NCBI RefSeq assembly: GCF_004010195.1
Contig: NC_057723.1
Span: 40,537,562 to 40,601,561 of the forward strand
Reading direction: 5' to 3'
Length of the DNA stretch: 64,000 nt
From: Chiloscyllium plagiosum
Lineage: Eukaryota
In this document: piece after piece, positions 51,520 to 62,759 of the stretch
How positions within the stretch are numbered: the stretch's first letter is position 1
How the letters are laid out: the number at the start of each line of letters is the position of its first letter
Program-made: the position numbers and the translations under genes
The notes under the pieces: model-generated
What the model was told of the DNA's origin: nothing
Seen by the model: the letters and a program-made list of their open reading frames with translations, nothing else
The model's database searches: none

Positions 51520-52942
51520 TTGAAGCTTTTCGGATGCTGCCTGAATTGCTGTGCTCTTCCAGCACCACTGATCCAAAAGTATTCTCTTGCCAGGTGCTGT
51601 AGTTAAGCACTACAAAGCCAATTCTCATCAGGAATGTTAATCTGTCAATTAGCGGATCAGATATCCTTAAAAAGCTCATAAAACTGGATGATAGACTGAA
51701 TATTTGAACAGGAGAAGGTTGCTTAACCATTGACACCTTTTCAGGCATTCAGTGAGATTAAAGCTGATCTGTATCCTAACTCAGTTTACCCAGCTTGTCT
51801 CCATATATCTGTTTAATTTCAGCTGCAAAAAGATCTATCAATCTCAGCATGTAGTTTATTAATTGAGCTAGCATTTACTTTTCTGAAATGGAGGATTGTT
51901 CTAAACTATTTCAAACGTTTTGTATGAAGAAGTGATTCCCAACTTCAAAAGTAAATGGCCTGATTTTAAGATTATGTTCCCCTGCCCTAGATTTGACCAA
52001 TGGGAATTTCTTTTCTCTCCACTTACTTTATCAATTCCTTACAAAATTTTAAAATCCTAACACCGATTTCTTTGCCTTTCATATTCCACAGAATGCAGGC
52101 CTCAGATCTAAATTTTCCAGCCCCCCCCCCCATCAATATTTATGATGTTAGAGGAGGTCTCATAAAATGCTTCCCTATCACATTCCCTCAATGTTTGCCC
52201 TGGCATAGGGGAGGGGAGAAGTGGTGGAGTCATTGGTCTATAAGCGATTCCTGGGGTCAATTGAGCCTCATGGTGCCTCTATTTTTCCTATGGTAGATGG
52301 AGACTCACCTAATCAGGTAGCCCAGTACCTTTTACTGGGTAAGCTGATGTCAGGCAATTGTTAAAAGAACCTCTTTTGAATACCCCATGTGCCAACTGGA
52401 GACACCTCAATCCCATCCCAAAGCTGTACACACCTTCAACATACTCATCCTCCAGCCTCTCAAACATGGTTCCCCATCCCCTTCAGACTTGTCACTTGGT
52501 TTTGGCAGGTAGATTTCACTGAGAGTTTAGGCTTCATAACCTCCGGTTCTTTGGGATCCTACAGTGACCTAACATGGCCAAAATGACAGCACTGCTAGCC
52601 AATCAGATTGCCCAACAGATCTCTAAAGCAGAATTTCCTCCTCAGGAAGGGGTGGATGTCTCACCTTGAGCCAATTAATGTCTCGCCAATTATAAAATGG
52701 CTTCAGGACAAGTTTTTTTAGGGTTGGGGAAGCAGGGAATTTGACACACAAATTCCACTCCGGTTTACTTAATCCATCCTTCTAATTTAACCCCTGTAGC
52801 CCTATTAATATTCTAGTGAATGTGAGGTACTCTACTTCCAAAACCAATGTGGCCTTTCTATGACATACACCCAAGTAAACTGCAGATGTGGTTCAACAGT
52901 TGTGACAATTTTTTTTATCTCATATATTTTCACCCTCTACTT

Positions 52943-53231
52943 ACGGTGGCACAGTGGTTAGCACTGCTGCCTCACAGCGCCTGAGACCCAGGTTCAATTC
53001 CCGCCTCAGGCGACTGACTGTGTGGAGTTTCTCCACGTGTCTGCGTGGGTTTCCTCCGGGTGCTCTGGTTTCCTCCCACAATCCAAAGATGTGCAGGTCA
53101 GGTGAATTGGCCATGCTAAATTGCCCGTAGTGTTAGGTAATGGGTAAATGTAAGGGTATGGGTGGGTTGCGCTTCAGCAGTTCGGTGTGGACTTGTTGGG
53201 CCGAAGGGCCTGTTTCCACACTGTAATCTAA
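52943..53231 (+). mobile_element. HE1 V-SINE, near full length
   Basis: A box, B box, V-domain and CR1-derived tail. Confidence 0.93.
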
Positions 53232-53785
53232 ACTAACATTCTATCAACTTTAGTGCCTACATTTTTCATGTGATTTCTTTCTCCATATGATTTTTATGCT
53301 GGCATAGTCGTAAATAATATGATAATTTAAAATATAAGCAGTTACATTTTTCTCAGTTGACACTTCAAACAAAACAATGTCAGTGCTTCTTTAAATGATT
53401 CGACAGTTTGTCACTATATCAAGTCCTTGTTAAGCATCAACATCTTCTAATACTGGGAAGACTGAAGCCAGTTTCTCCAGTATCCACCACAACTCTGTTC
53501 CCTAGCTACCCTCTTCAGGGCAACTATCTGAGATTGAACCAAGCTGATTATAACTTTGGTGTTGAATTTAACCCAAGATGAACTTCCAAATAGATATCTA
53601 CACCATTAGTAAGATTGTCTGTTTTCACTTCAATAACACCATTCAACTCCAATCCTGTCTCAGTTCATCTGTAATGAAAATTGTGTTTGTGTTTTTAATT
53701 ATCTCCAGATTTGACTCCACAATACACTTTTTTTTGGACTGAAAACTAAAACATGGAAAAAGATGTTGTTTTAAACTAAGGAAAC

Positions 53786-54680
53786 TGTGGAAGATGTTGC
53801 AGTTTTAAAAACGATTTTCTGGAACTCACTGGGAGTTGTATTTACAAAGTTGCCTTGTTCAAACCAATGGGACAAAATGCTAAACATTGGCCCCACGACT
53901 GTGTGTTCACAACAGTTTTGCAGAGACTGTTTTGATTGGTTTTTCAATCAGGATAAGTTGTGCATGTGTGCAGCAAAGTAACAACTGTATGACTAGTTCC
54001 TGAACAATAGCTTGCGTTTGGATAATACAGGAAAAAGAAAGTCTAGATGGCTCTCTCTCTCCCTTCTGTGTGGATACGTTATAGAAAATTTCCAGGTAGC
54101 TGTTCTCACTCACCATTTTCCCATAAAGCACTATCACTGCAAGTTCCCTTGTTATAGGAGGAGTCGGGGCGGGGGGGGGGAGGTGGGGCAAGCACCTTCA
54201 GAGTCACTACGATTTTAAACCATTGAATGAAAGAGAATCAGTGAATCTACAACTATGTGTCCTTATCAAGGAGTCAAAGGAATCAAAAGAAATTACAGAA
54301 AGAATTTCATTGATGCCTAAATCTGGGCTGTTACCAGAATTGTGCTCCATTGGCTTCTTTGTTCCTTCTCCACCCATAATACTTGTGTCTTCTTGTTTGT
54401 ATGTCTATTTGTACATACATGAGAAGGTTAAAAAGGGGATGAGGTTAAGTTAGAGAGTTTTCAATGAGCATGTCATGTTTCCTTCTCACCATTGAGTAAA
54501 AGTGTTTGATTCGAATAAAGAGCGATTTTCTTAATAATGATAAAAGTCTGCTTGTGCATATTCTTTTAACCTGAATTAGACATTTAGGTAAAAGTGGGCT
54601 GTCTGATGGCAATCAAATTTTCACATTTATGATGATTCTAGGAATAGTGGGACTCGATTTCCAGTGAATTATCCCTGACA
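53786..54680 (+). mobile_element. Probable solo LTR interrupting an L2 fragment (about 53480-53740 and 54690-55500)
   Basis: It has TGT...ACA termini and AATAAA near 54514. L2-like sequence resumes after it. No clear TSD. Confidence 0.45.
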
Positions 54681-55509
54681 ATTAATGGCACTCTTATATT
54701 CCATCTTTCATAAACTTGTGATCACCTAAAACTGTACTGCCCATGTCCTAACTCACAAGAAGCCCCATTCATTATTCATCATTGTCACTGCAGATCCACT
54801 ATGGCTTCCAGCTAAACAACATTGCAACATTAAAATGCAGGAGCACATTACTGCAGATGCTGGAATCTAAACTGAAAACACCAAATGCTGGAGATCACAG
54901 CAGGTCAGACAGCATCCATGGAAAGAGAGAAAACTAACATTTCAAGTCTAAATGACTCTTCATCAGGGCTGAAGTAATGTGTGGAGGGGACAGCATTTAT
55001 GTAATATTTTGGGGAGGCGGGGAGTGGGTGTAGTCTGCTGGTGGAGAAAAGATGTTGATAGTTCATTTTAAGTGATCGGAATGTGAGAATAGGAAAATAA
55101 TGGTGTGTCTTCTACCAGACTGTAAAGGTCATCCAAGGATCTAAACAGTATTGCACCTATACCTCCTCCTATTGTTGTGATCCCCAGCATTTGATGTTTT
55201 CATCTCAATATTAAGTTTCTGATTCTTGTTTTCAAATCCCTCCATGGTTTCTGCCCTATCTATACTGTTTCTTCCACCTGCACAAAGCTCTAAGATATTT
55301 GTGTTTCTTTAATTCTGGCTTCTTGAGCCTCCCTAATTTTAATTTCTGCACTATTAGTGATTTTGCCTTCAGCTTCCAAGATCCTAAGATCCCCCATTGG
55401 AACTTCCTCCCTAAATCTCCCCACCTCCTTTTTGCCTCTCTTTCCTGCTTTCAGGTGCTCTTAATTCTTAACTCCTTTCATCTGCCCTAAGTATCTCTCT
55501 GTTGTCAGA

Positions 55510-55941
55510 TTTTATTTACAAGGATGTTTCCAGAACTGGAGGGTTTGAGTTATAACGAGAGGCTGAATAGGCTGGGACTTTCTTCACTGAAGCAAAAAAG
55601 GTTGACGGATGATCTTTTAGAGGTTTATAAAATCATAAATAAGGTAAATTGCAAAGGTTTGTTCCCCGGGTAAGGGAGTTCAAAACTAAAGGGTAAAGGT
55701 GAGAGGGAAAGATTGAAAAGGGACATGAGGAGCAACTTTTTCACACAGTGGGTGATGCGTTTATGAAATGAACTGCCTGAGGAAGTGGTAGATGCAGGTA
55801 CAGTTACAACATTTAAAAGACATTTAGACAGGTACATGGGGAAAAGGGCAAATGGAGGCAAATGGCCCTAGTTTAGTTTGGAAAACCTGGTCAGCATGGA
55901 CGAGTTGGATCAAAGGGTATGTTTGCATGTTGTATGACTCT
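55510..55941 (+). mobile_element. CR1 LINE 3' end
   Basis: It encodes LSYNERLNRLGLSSLK...NELPEEVVDAGTVTTFKRHLDRYM and ends in the tail TGTATGACTCT. Confidence 0.85.
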
Positions 55942-56629
55942 TTTCCTTCATAACATATCTGTGGAAGCCTCTTGGGACATTTTATTCCATTGAAAGTGCC
56001 ATCTAGCTACGAATTATAGTTGTGTAAGCTTAAACTTTTAGTGCATTTCCTCTGTTGCTTCTCATAAAAGCAAGATTTTGGAGCACACTGACATTTAAAT
56101 TATCCTTTGAGATTTTGCAAAAGTTTAGTATAATTCTAATCCAGTAATAAACTACATTTTAAAAGTTTTGAAGTAATCTATTAGTGATTATTAGAATTTT
56201 ATAAATTTACTTTGGAACATTTCGAATATGAATAGGAACTGAATAATCCCATCTGTAAGCTTCTAACATTACAAACTAACAATCCAATGAGTAGAGCTTG
56301 CCACAAGTTTAATCATATATGCAGACAGTCTATCCATGACCTCAGTGCAAACTCTATCAATGCTCAGTCAGCTGGATGCAATTGTCACTCTGTAGATACC
56401 AACCAGCAGTTTCTGTATGACTACAGTGGTTTAACTTTATCTTTGGTTAATTAAATTGCAAGAAATTTGTAGTTGTAATTTGATAATTTGAAAACTACAG
56501 CAGCAGAATCTCAATCAGTGTTAATATCGATATTGTACTATTAGAATGATAAATGTTGCCTGCCTGTGTCAGCCAATCTGAGCACAACAGATAAAATAAC
56601 CGAGCTGGTATCTCCAAAGTGTGTCAGGA

Positions 56630-56931
56630 ATTAGATTACTTACAGTGTGGAAACAGGCCCTTCGGCCCAACAAGGTCCACACCGACCTGCCGAAGCGCAA
56701 CCCACCCATTCCCCTATATTTACCCCTTTACCTAACACTACGGGCAATTTAGCATAGCCAATTCACCTGACCCGCACATCTTTGGACTGTGGGAGGAAAC
56801 CGGAGCACCCGGAGGAAACCCACGCAGACGCGGGGAGAATGTGCAAACTCCACACAGTCAATCGCCTGAGTCGGGAATTGAACCCAGGTCTCTGGTGCTG
56901 TGAGGCAGCAGTGCTAACCACTGTGCTACCG
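56630..56931 (-). mobile_element. HE1 V-SINE, near full length
   Basis: Head GGTAGCACAGTGGTTAGCACTGCTGCC...GGGTTCAATTCCC, V-domain and tail. Confidence 0.93.
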
Positions 56932-57421
56932 TATTGTTCAAGAGTCAGTGAGATGAACACAAATATCTTAGAGCTTTGTGCAGGTGGAAGAAACAGTATA
57001 GGTAGGGCAGAAACTAAGGAGGGATTTGAAATCAAGAATCAGAAATTTAATATTGAGATGAAAACATCAAATGCTGGGGATCACAACAATAGGAGGAGAT
57101 ACAGGTGAAATACTGTTTAGATCCTTGGATGACCTTTCAAGTCTGGTAGAAGACACACCATTATTTTCCTATTCTCACATTCTGATCACTTAAAATGAAC
57201 TATCAACATCTTTTCTCCACCAGCAGACTATACCCACTCCCCGCCTCCCCAAAATATTACATAAATGCTGTCCCCTCCAACTTTGTTTTATGAATCTCTG
57301 TTTTACACTTCACTGTTAAGCTTCGGTAAATTCTTGTGGGAAGTAAGGCTGAAAAACCTGTCAATTTAGTAAAATGTCAATGAGGGCTTGACCACTGTGA
57401 ATAATCAGTAATTATGTAGGA

Positions 57422-57595
57422 TTGATGTGCAGGTTTTGGACAGGGGTGGATAAGGTCAGAAGTCACATGACACCACGTTATGGTCCAACAAATTTATTTG
57501 AAATCACAAGCTTTTGGAGTGCTGCACCTTCATCAGGTGAAGATTTCTGAAAACTTGTGGTTTCAAATAAACCTGTTGGATTATAACTTGGTCTA
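57422..57595. mobile_element. PLE pLTR fold-back (family B variant) with 9-bp TSD
   Basis: Arms TCCAACAAATTTATTTGAAATCACAAG / CTTGTGGTTTCAAATAAACCTGTTGGA lie around CCTTCATCAGG. TATGTAGGA lies at 57413-57421 and 57596-57604. Confidence 0.7.
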
Positions 57596-57603
57596 TATGT
57601 AGG

Positions 57604-57651
57604 AACACTGTATTGCCCACACATGGAAACACTGTATTGCCCACACATGGA
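57604..57651 (+). repeat. Perfect 24-bp tandem duplication
   Basis: AACACTGTATTGCCCACACATGGA x2. Confidence 0.95.
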
Positions 57652-58719
57652 AAAGAAACTTCAGCAAGTGACTGTTACGAGCAGACCACAACAGGTGGTT
57701 TTTGAAGAATGCAAAAAGCCTTGGTTTTATATTTTCCTTACCATTTATGGGAAATAAATTATGTCAACACTAAATTAGGATTTAACACGGTTCCTCAAAT
57801 AAAAGTTATCATCACCTGTCATCCAAGATGACGATTTACTTTTCTAAACTTCAATAGCAACTTTTCGAGACTCATAAAAATGTTGTTTCTCACATTTACT
57901 TCACAACACCAGTTTGTTATACTTTCATCACAGTAAACTCAGAGAGGATAAAACTGAGAGGAAGAAACTACTATCATGAAAAGGAAGGAAAAAAGTATAA
58001 TGACAAAATGCTTAGACCTTTGTTGTAGGCATTCGTTGTCAGGGAAAAATTGCTTGGCAATCTTGGAATATGATGCCCTTCCACTAAAAAAAAAGAACAC
58101 AGTACATTTCCGAAGAGTTTCATCTTCCAACAGTTTGCTAGGGGACCTTTTTAACAATCAAAGATTTGAATTAAAATTCCTCTAGAGTTAAAATATTAAT
58201 TAACCCTCATCATAAGGCCTAAAAGATCAATTCAATAAATGCAATTTTCTGGAAAAAATGTACCTCACCATTCAACCTGTGTAAAGTTAAATAATGTAGT
58301 ACTGAACTAAATACCGTGAAATTTCAGAAAGCAGATGGGAGAGATTGTGAAAAGCTGTGGGTATTTCAACAAAAATAAATCAACCTGCAAGATCTGCATT
58401 ACAAGTGACAATATTTTGAAAACAGAAGTCAAAACATAATTTTTGCATGGAAAGAAAATCATGGAATTCTATTACCATGTCTTTCACATCAGATTATTTC
58501 ACAGCGTTTCACAACCAATAAATTACTTTGCATGTCCTGTCGCTATTGCACGAGGCAATTTATGCATGACGTAGTCCCAATGAATGTTTTCACAGCAAAT
58601 GTATTTCACTATATTGATTAGTGTGCAATTTCCTGAGAAAGTAGATGCTGCCTAACGTGCTCAGCATTTCCTGTCCTTGCTTCGGATTCCCAGCATCCAA
58701 AATGTTTTGCTTTTGAGGA

Positions 58720-60650
58720 AAATAGTGGTATCCCCATAAAACTGCGAACGGATATGGCACTGCACGTCCTGTTACCACACAAAGAGAATTGCTTGTTGTG
58801 AAGTTTCTGTTTGATGTGGGGTCTCTGCCAGCTGCTGGTCCTATATCTTGCACCCAGTGTGATAAGGAGGGCATAGGATGGCTGCCCAGTCTACTCATCC
58901 CTCCCTCCCTCTGCTCACCTGGAGCCAGCCAAAGGTACTGCATGGTACCCCGCACTTACCAGGACACTACCAGGGGAAAGTGTTCATACTGCCGCCTCCT
59001 TATTAATTTACCTATGCAATTTACTTCGACAGTGAAATAAAATGTAAACAAGCAATAAATAAGTGGAGACCTGCAGTTGGAAGTCTGGCTTTAGTTACAT
59101 TTCCATGGTAACCACATGATACAGTGTCAGTTTCTTGTCGCGAGCAGCTTGATGTCGCTGGGGCGCCTTGAATTGTTAATTCATTGTAGGCGGAAGTATA
59201 GATAGATACACATTGATATTATTGTTATTACAGTTTTATTTTCTCAAATATCCTCCAGGGAGGTCGGGGTGACGCAATGATCCTGGTGAGGTCACGGTGG
59301 TCACTTGCCCGGGTGGAAGGTCATTTATTCTCATTCATTCATTCTCGGGGCTCGGCGCCCCAAAATGCTGTGTCCCTGGGGGTAGCGGCAAACGATGGTT
59401 TGTGTCCGCCTGGCCATGTCGGTCCATTCAAACTCCACTCACGCCCCTGCCCCATCTGTTCCGGCACCTTCCCCGCGGTGCTGCAGTATTTGTATTCGCT
59501 GGAGCCTTTCAGATCAGTGTGTTGGCAGGACATTACAACGTTTGCCGAGTTACTTTGAGTTTCAAATGAAGGTTCGCACTTTTGGTTCCAATCAGGTGTT
59601 AGAGGAAAGAGATTGAATATGTACCTTCGATCTCAAATACCAAATGCATTAAGCAGAAAAGGAAACGAATGTAGGTGTCTTGGGTTTTGATTATCTTAAA
59701 TAGATAAAATGCACATATAAAACGGAACCTAATGGTCACTTTACGGCCACAGTGGCAGACCTGGCAATTGAACAAATTCGCAGATCACTTGTCCATGTTT
59801 AAAACAGCAGAGACGAATTTAAGAAAGATACCGGGAATACAGCTTATTATAAACGAAGCAGTCTCCAGAAGGGTCTACTATTGTTTATGTTTGTATGGCC
59901 TTTTGCTTTAAGAAAAAGGCCTTTCTGCCAGTTGTCAACAATTGTAGGCGATGGGGCAATCAGGGAGACCTGCAGTCTGGTCTTGTCTGCTGTATTTGCA
60001 TAACTGAGCACACAAGGATGAAGTTCTACCCTTAGAACAGTAGGAGGTGATGTAACTGCGGGTTCCTTGCTCGTGTCACAGCTCAGACGCTGCAGGCAAT
60101 AACCGCGGAACTCAAGCATAATCTCTGGGGATCGCAGCAGTTTGCGGAAACAAAGAGACAGACAAAGATACTGACGATATACGTGAAAAGCAAAACTGTA
60201 AAGGAAGTCGGTCCAGGAGTGGCTCAAACAGGAAAATGAAATGTCACACCAGAATACGTAAAATGCTTCAGGCAACTCCGGGAACTGGAAACTGGATCGC
60301 GCTGGGGATGTCTGTTCAAACACGTTAAATTGGTGTAGCCTTGCCATTTATCGATTGCACACTTGTTTGGGAGTGGGGCGTGAAATCGGGCTCAAATACT
60401 GCTACAAAAAAAAAGCCTGCCAGCGCTTCTGAAAGAGGAAGTGAAAACAGCAGGGAACGATTGTGAGGATGTTTAATGGCTGCAAGACCTGCAGATGGGG
60501 ACCTAAGGTCACCAGTGCTGTCCTGTGGCTCCTGTTCCAGGTTGGAGACAGGAACAGGGAAGATTCTGTTCCCCCATGGGGTAAAAAATCCGCCAAGCAA
60601 CACCTACTTTGTCAATGTAAAAGAAAATTCTGAATAGTTCTCACGGTGTG
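58720..60650. promoter_or_regulatory. Candidate promoter / CpG-enriched regulatory region
   Basis: The region is free of recognisable TEs and visibly CpG-richer than its flanks. Motifs: forkhead TGTAAACAA 59043, RFX X-box-like ATTTCCATGGTAAC 59099-59112, TCGCGA 59138, ETS GGCGGAAGT 59189, TGACGCAA 59270 and GC-box GGGGCGTG 60375. A strong minus-strand donor CTG|GTAAGT is at 58960. Confidence 0.5.
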
Positions 60651-61095
60651 GTTTCAATGTAGACAAAAGTTCAGTCATCTGGCCAGTTTAAGGTATTAGC
60701 GACGTTCTATTAATCTCTATTCATATATGCACCACCAGCAGCCTTTCAAACCCAAATCTCCCCACTTGAACTTCACTCATGCAATCTCTCCTGCAAGCCT
60801 AAAAATAAGGTACTAACTTGCTGAAGCTCTAGATAGCTGACAAGGATATCAATTCTGAGCTGTGCAGCCCTGTCACAACCTGTCACTGGCAATTAAGCAA
60901 CAAATGAGAAATATCCCCATTCTCAACGATGGTGGAACTCAGCACATGGGCATCAAAGAAAATGCAAAGACATTCGCAACCATCTTCCCAAAGGTGACAA
61001 GTGGGTGATTTGTTAAAGACTGCTGAGGTCTCACCAGAATTCTTAAATCAATTCAATTCACTTCAAATGCCACTGAGAAATGGCTGAGTGCAGCC

Positions 61096-61449
61096 ATAGT
61101 CCCACAACCCCGCACCCCCCGTTTCTACCTCCTGCCCAAAATCCACAAACCTGACTGCCCCGGACGACCCATCGTCTCAGCCTGCTCCTGCCCAACCGAA
61201 CTCATCTCGGCATACCTCGACACGGTCCTGTCCCCATTAGTCCAAGAACTCCCCACCTACGTTCGTGACACCACCCACGCCCTCCACCTCCTCCAGGACT
61301 TCTGCTTCCCCGGTCCCCAACGCCTCATCTACACCATGGACATCCTGTCCCTGTACACCTCCATCCCCCATCACAAAGGACTCAAAGCACTCCTCTTCTT
61401 CCTTTCCCGCCGTACCACCCAGTACCCTTCCACCGACACCCTCCTTCGA
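61096..61449 (+). mobile_element. Penelope-like RT N-terminal fragment, stop-free
   Basis: PRTPRFYLLPKIHKPDCPGRPIVSACSCPTELISAYLDTVLSPLVQELPTYVRDTT...IYTMDILSLYTSIPH contains the LPKIHK...RPIVS and D..SLYTSIP motifs of PLE RT. Confidence 0.93.
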
Positions 61450-61885
61450 CATGTATCTGTTTCTTTCTTAAACATATTCAGTGATTTATCTCTGCGTAGA
61501 GAATTCAATAGGTTAGCCAACCCCTGAATGGAGACATTTCTCCTTATCTCAGTCTGAAAGAGTTTAACTCACATTCTGAGAATGTGATCGTTTGCTCTGG
61601 ATCCCCAACCAGAAGAAACATTATCCCTGCATGCAGTCTGTCGAGCCCTGTCAACCTTTTATATACTTCAGTGAGATTCCCTCTTCTAAACTCCAATGAA
61701 CACAGGCCTAGTCAACCCACACCTACCTTCCCAGGAACCCGACTTGAACCTTTGCTGCATTCCCTCCACAGGAAATATACCTTTTCCTCGGTAAGGAGAC
61801 CAAAACTGCGCACAATCTATGTGCAATATCACAAAGGTCTCATATAGTTGCAATAAGACTTCCTTTGTTCCTGTGAACAAATCCT
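61450..61885 (-). mobile_element. Old, degraded CR1 3' fragment lying between two PLE pieces
   Basis: KEVLLQLYETFVILHIDCAQFWSPYRGKGIFPVEGMQQRF is a decayed CR1 ORF2 C-terminus. Confidence 0.75.
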
Positions 61886-61965
61886 TTCCGGATCCCTCCA
61901 GCCCGGCACCGCCTTCCTGTCCTGCAGTCTTCTTCTTGACCTCTCCGCCTCCATCCTACTCCGAC

Positions 61966-62592
61966 CTATCACCCTCACCTTGACCTCTTTCCACCTATCT
62001 ATCACCCTCACCTTGACCTCTTTCCACCTATCTATCACCCTCACCTTGACCTCTTTCCACCTATCTATCACCCTCACCTTGACCTCTTTCCACCTATCTA
62101 TCACCCTCACCTTGACCTCTTTCCACCTATCTATCACCCTCACCTTGACCTCTTTCCACCTATCTATCACCCTCACCTTGACCTCTTTCCACCTATCTAT
62201 CACCCTCACCTTGACCTCTTTCCACCTATCTATCACCCTCACCTTGACCTCTTTCCACCTATCTATCACCCTCACCTTGACCTCTTTCCACCTATCTATC
62301 ACCCTCACCTTGACCTCTTTCCACCTATCTATCACCCTCACCTTGACCTCTTTCCACCTATCTATCACCCTCACCTTGACCTCTTTCCACCTATCTATCA
62401 CCCTCACCTTGACCTCTTTCCACCTATCTATCACCCTCACCTTGACCTCTTTCCACCTATCTATCACCCTCACCTTGACCTCTTTCCACCTATCTATCAC
62501 CCTCACCTTGACCTCTTTCCACCTATCTATCACCCTCACCTTGACCTCTTTCCACCTATCTATCACCCTCACCTTGACCTCTTTCCACCTAT
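61966..62592 (+). repeat. Perfect minisatellite, 19 x 33 bp
   Basis: The unit is CTATCACCCTCACCTTGACCTCTTTCCACCTAT. The array is 627 bp = 19 x 33, with no spacers and no variants seen. Confidence 0.97.
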
Positions 62593-62665
62593 CACATTTC
62601 CAACGCCCCTCCTCCAAGTCCCTCCTCCCTACCTTTTATCTTCTCCTGCTGAACACTCTCTGCTC

Positions 62666-62701
62666 ATTCCTGAAGAAGGGCCTGTGCCTGAAACGTCGAA
62701 T
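62666..62701 (+). ncRNA. Minimal type I hammerhead ribozyme motif, best-formed copy
   Basis: Stem I is ATTC/GAAT, the core is CTGAAGA and GAAA, stem II is GGGC/GCCT, and the ACGT palindrome is present. Cleavage is predicted after GUC at 62697. Confidence 0.78.
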
Positions 62702-62759
62702 CTCCTGTTCCCTGGATGCTGCCTGACCTGCTGTGCTGTTCCAGCAATAAAGTTTCAAC

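Larger units (their letters stand above)
50375..51575 (+). mobile_element. Penelope-like element (RT core, gap, 3' end with pLTR), 5'-truncated
   Basis: PHLFLRYIDGCIG...FINFTNTFHPDLKFNWTISDTSLPLLDLSISI is the PLE RT YIDD region, here mutated to YIDG. After the gap come a C-rich 3' region and ATTCCTGATGAAGGGCTTTTGCCCGAAACGTC. Confidence 0.9.
54982..57279. repeat. Local inverted duplication: 54982-55305 and 56956-57279 (324-bp arms)
   Basis: The arms are reverse complements with few mismatches, and both span the same junction between a PLE-like piece and an L2 piece. Confidence 0.92.
61886..62759 (+). mobile_element. PLE 3' end with internal minisatellite and pLTR
   Basis: C-rich 3' region, hammerhead core and GGATGCTGCCTGACCTGCTGTGCTGTTCCAGC. 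Confidence 0.85.

Noticed and set aside
59847-60347. 166-aa minus-strand ORF as a host gene
   Set aside because: It has no recognisable domain or homolog, and such ORF lengths arise by chance in GC-richer promoter DNA. It is not excluded without a database search.
61966-62592. CRISPR array
   Set aside because: The 33-bp units are directly adjacent with no unique spacers, there are no cas genes, and the context is a eukaryotic retroelement.
61829-62726. 262-aa and 248-aa repeat-protein ORFs
   Set aside because: They are artefacts of a stop-free 33-bp unit being a multiple of three.
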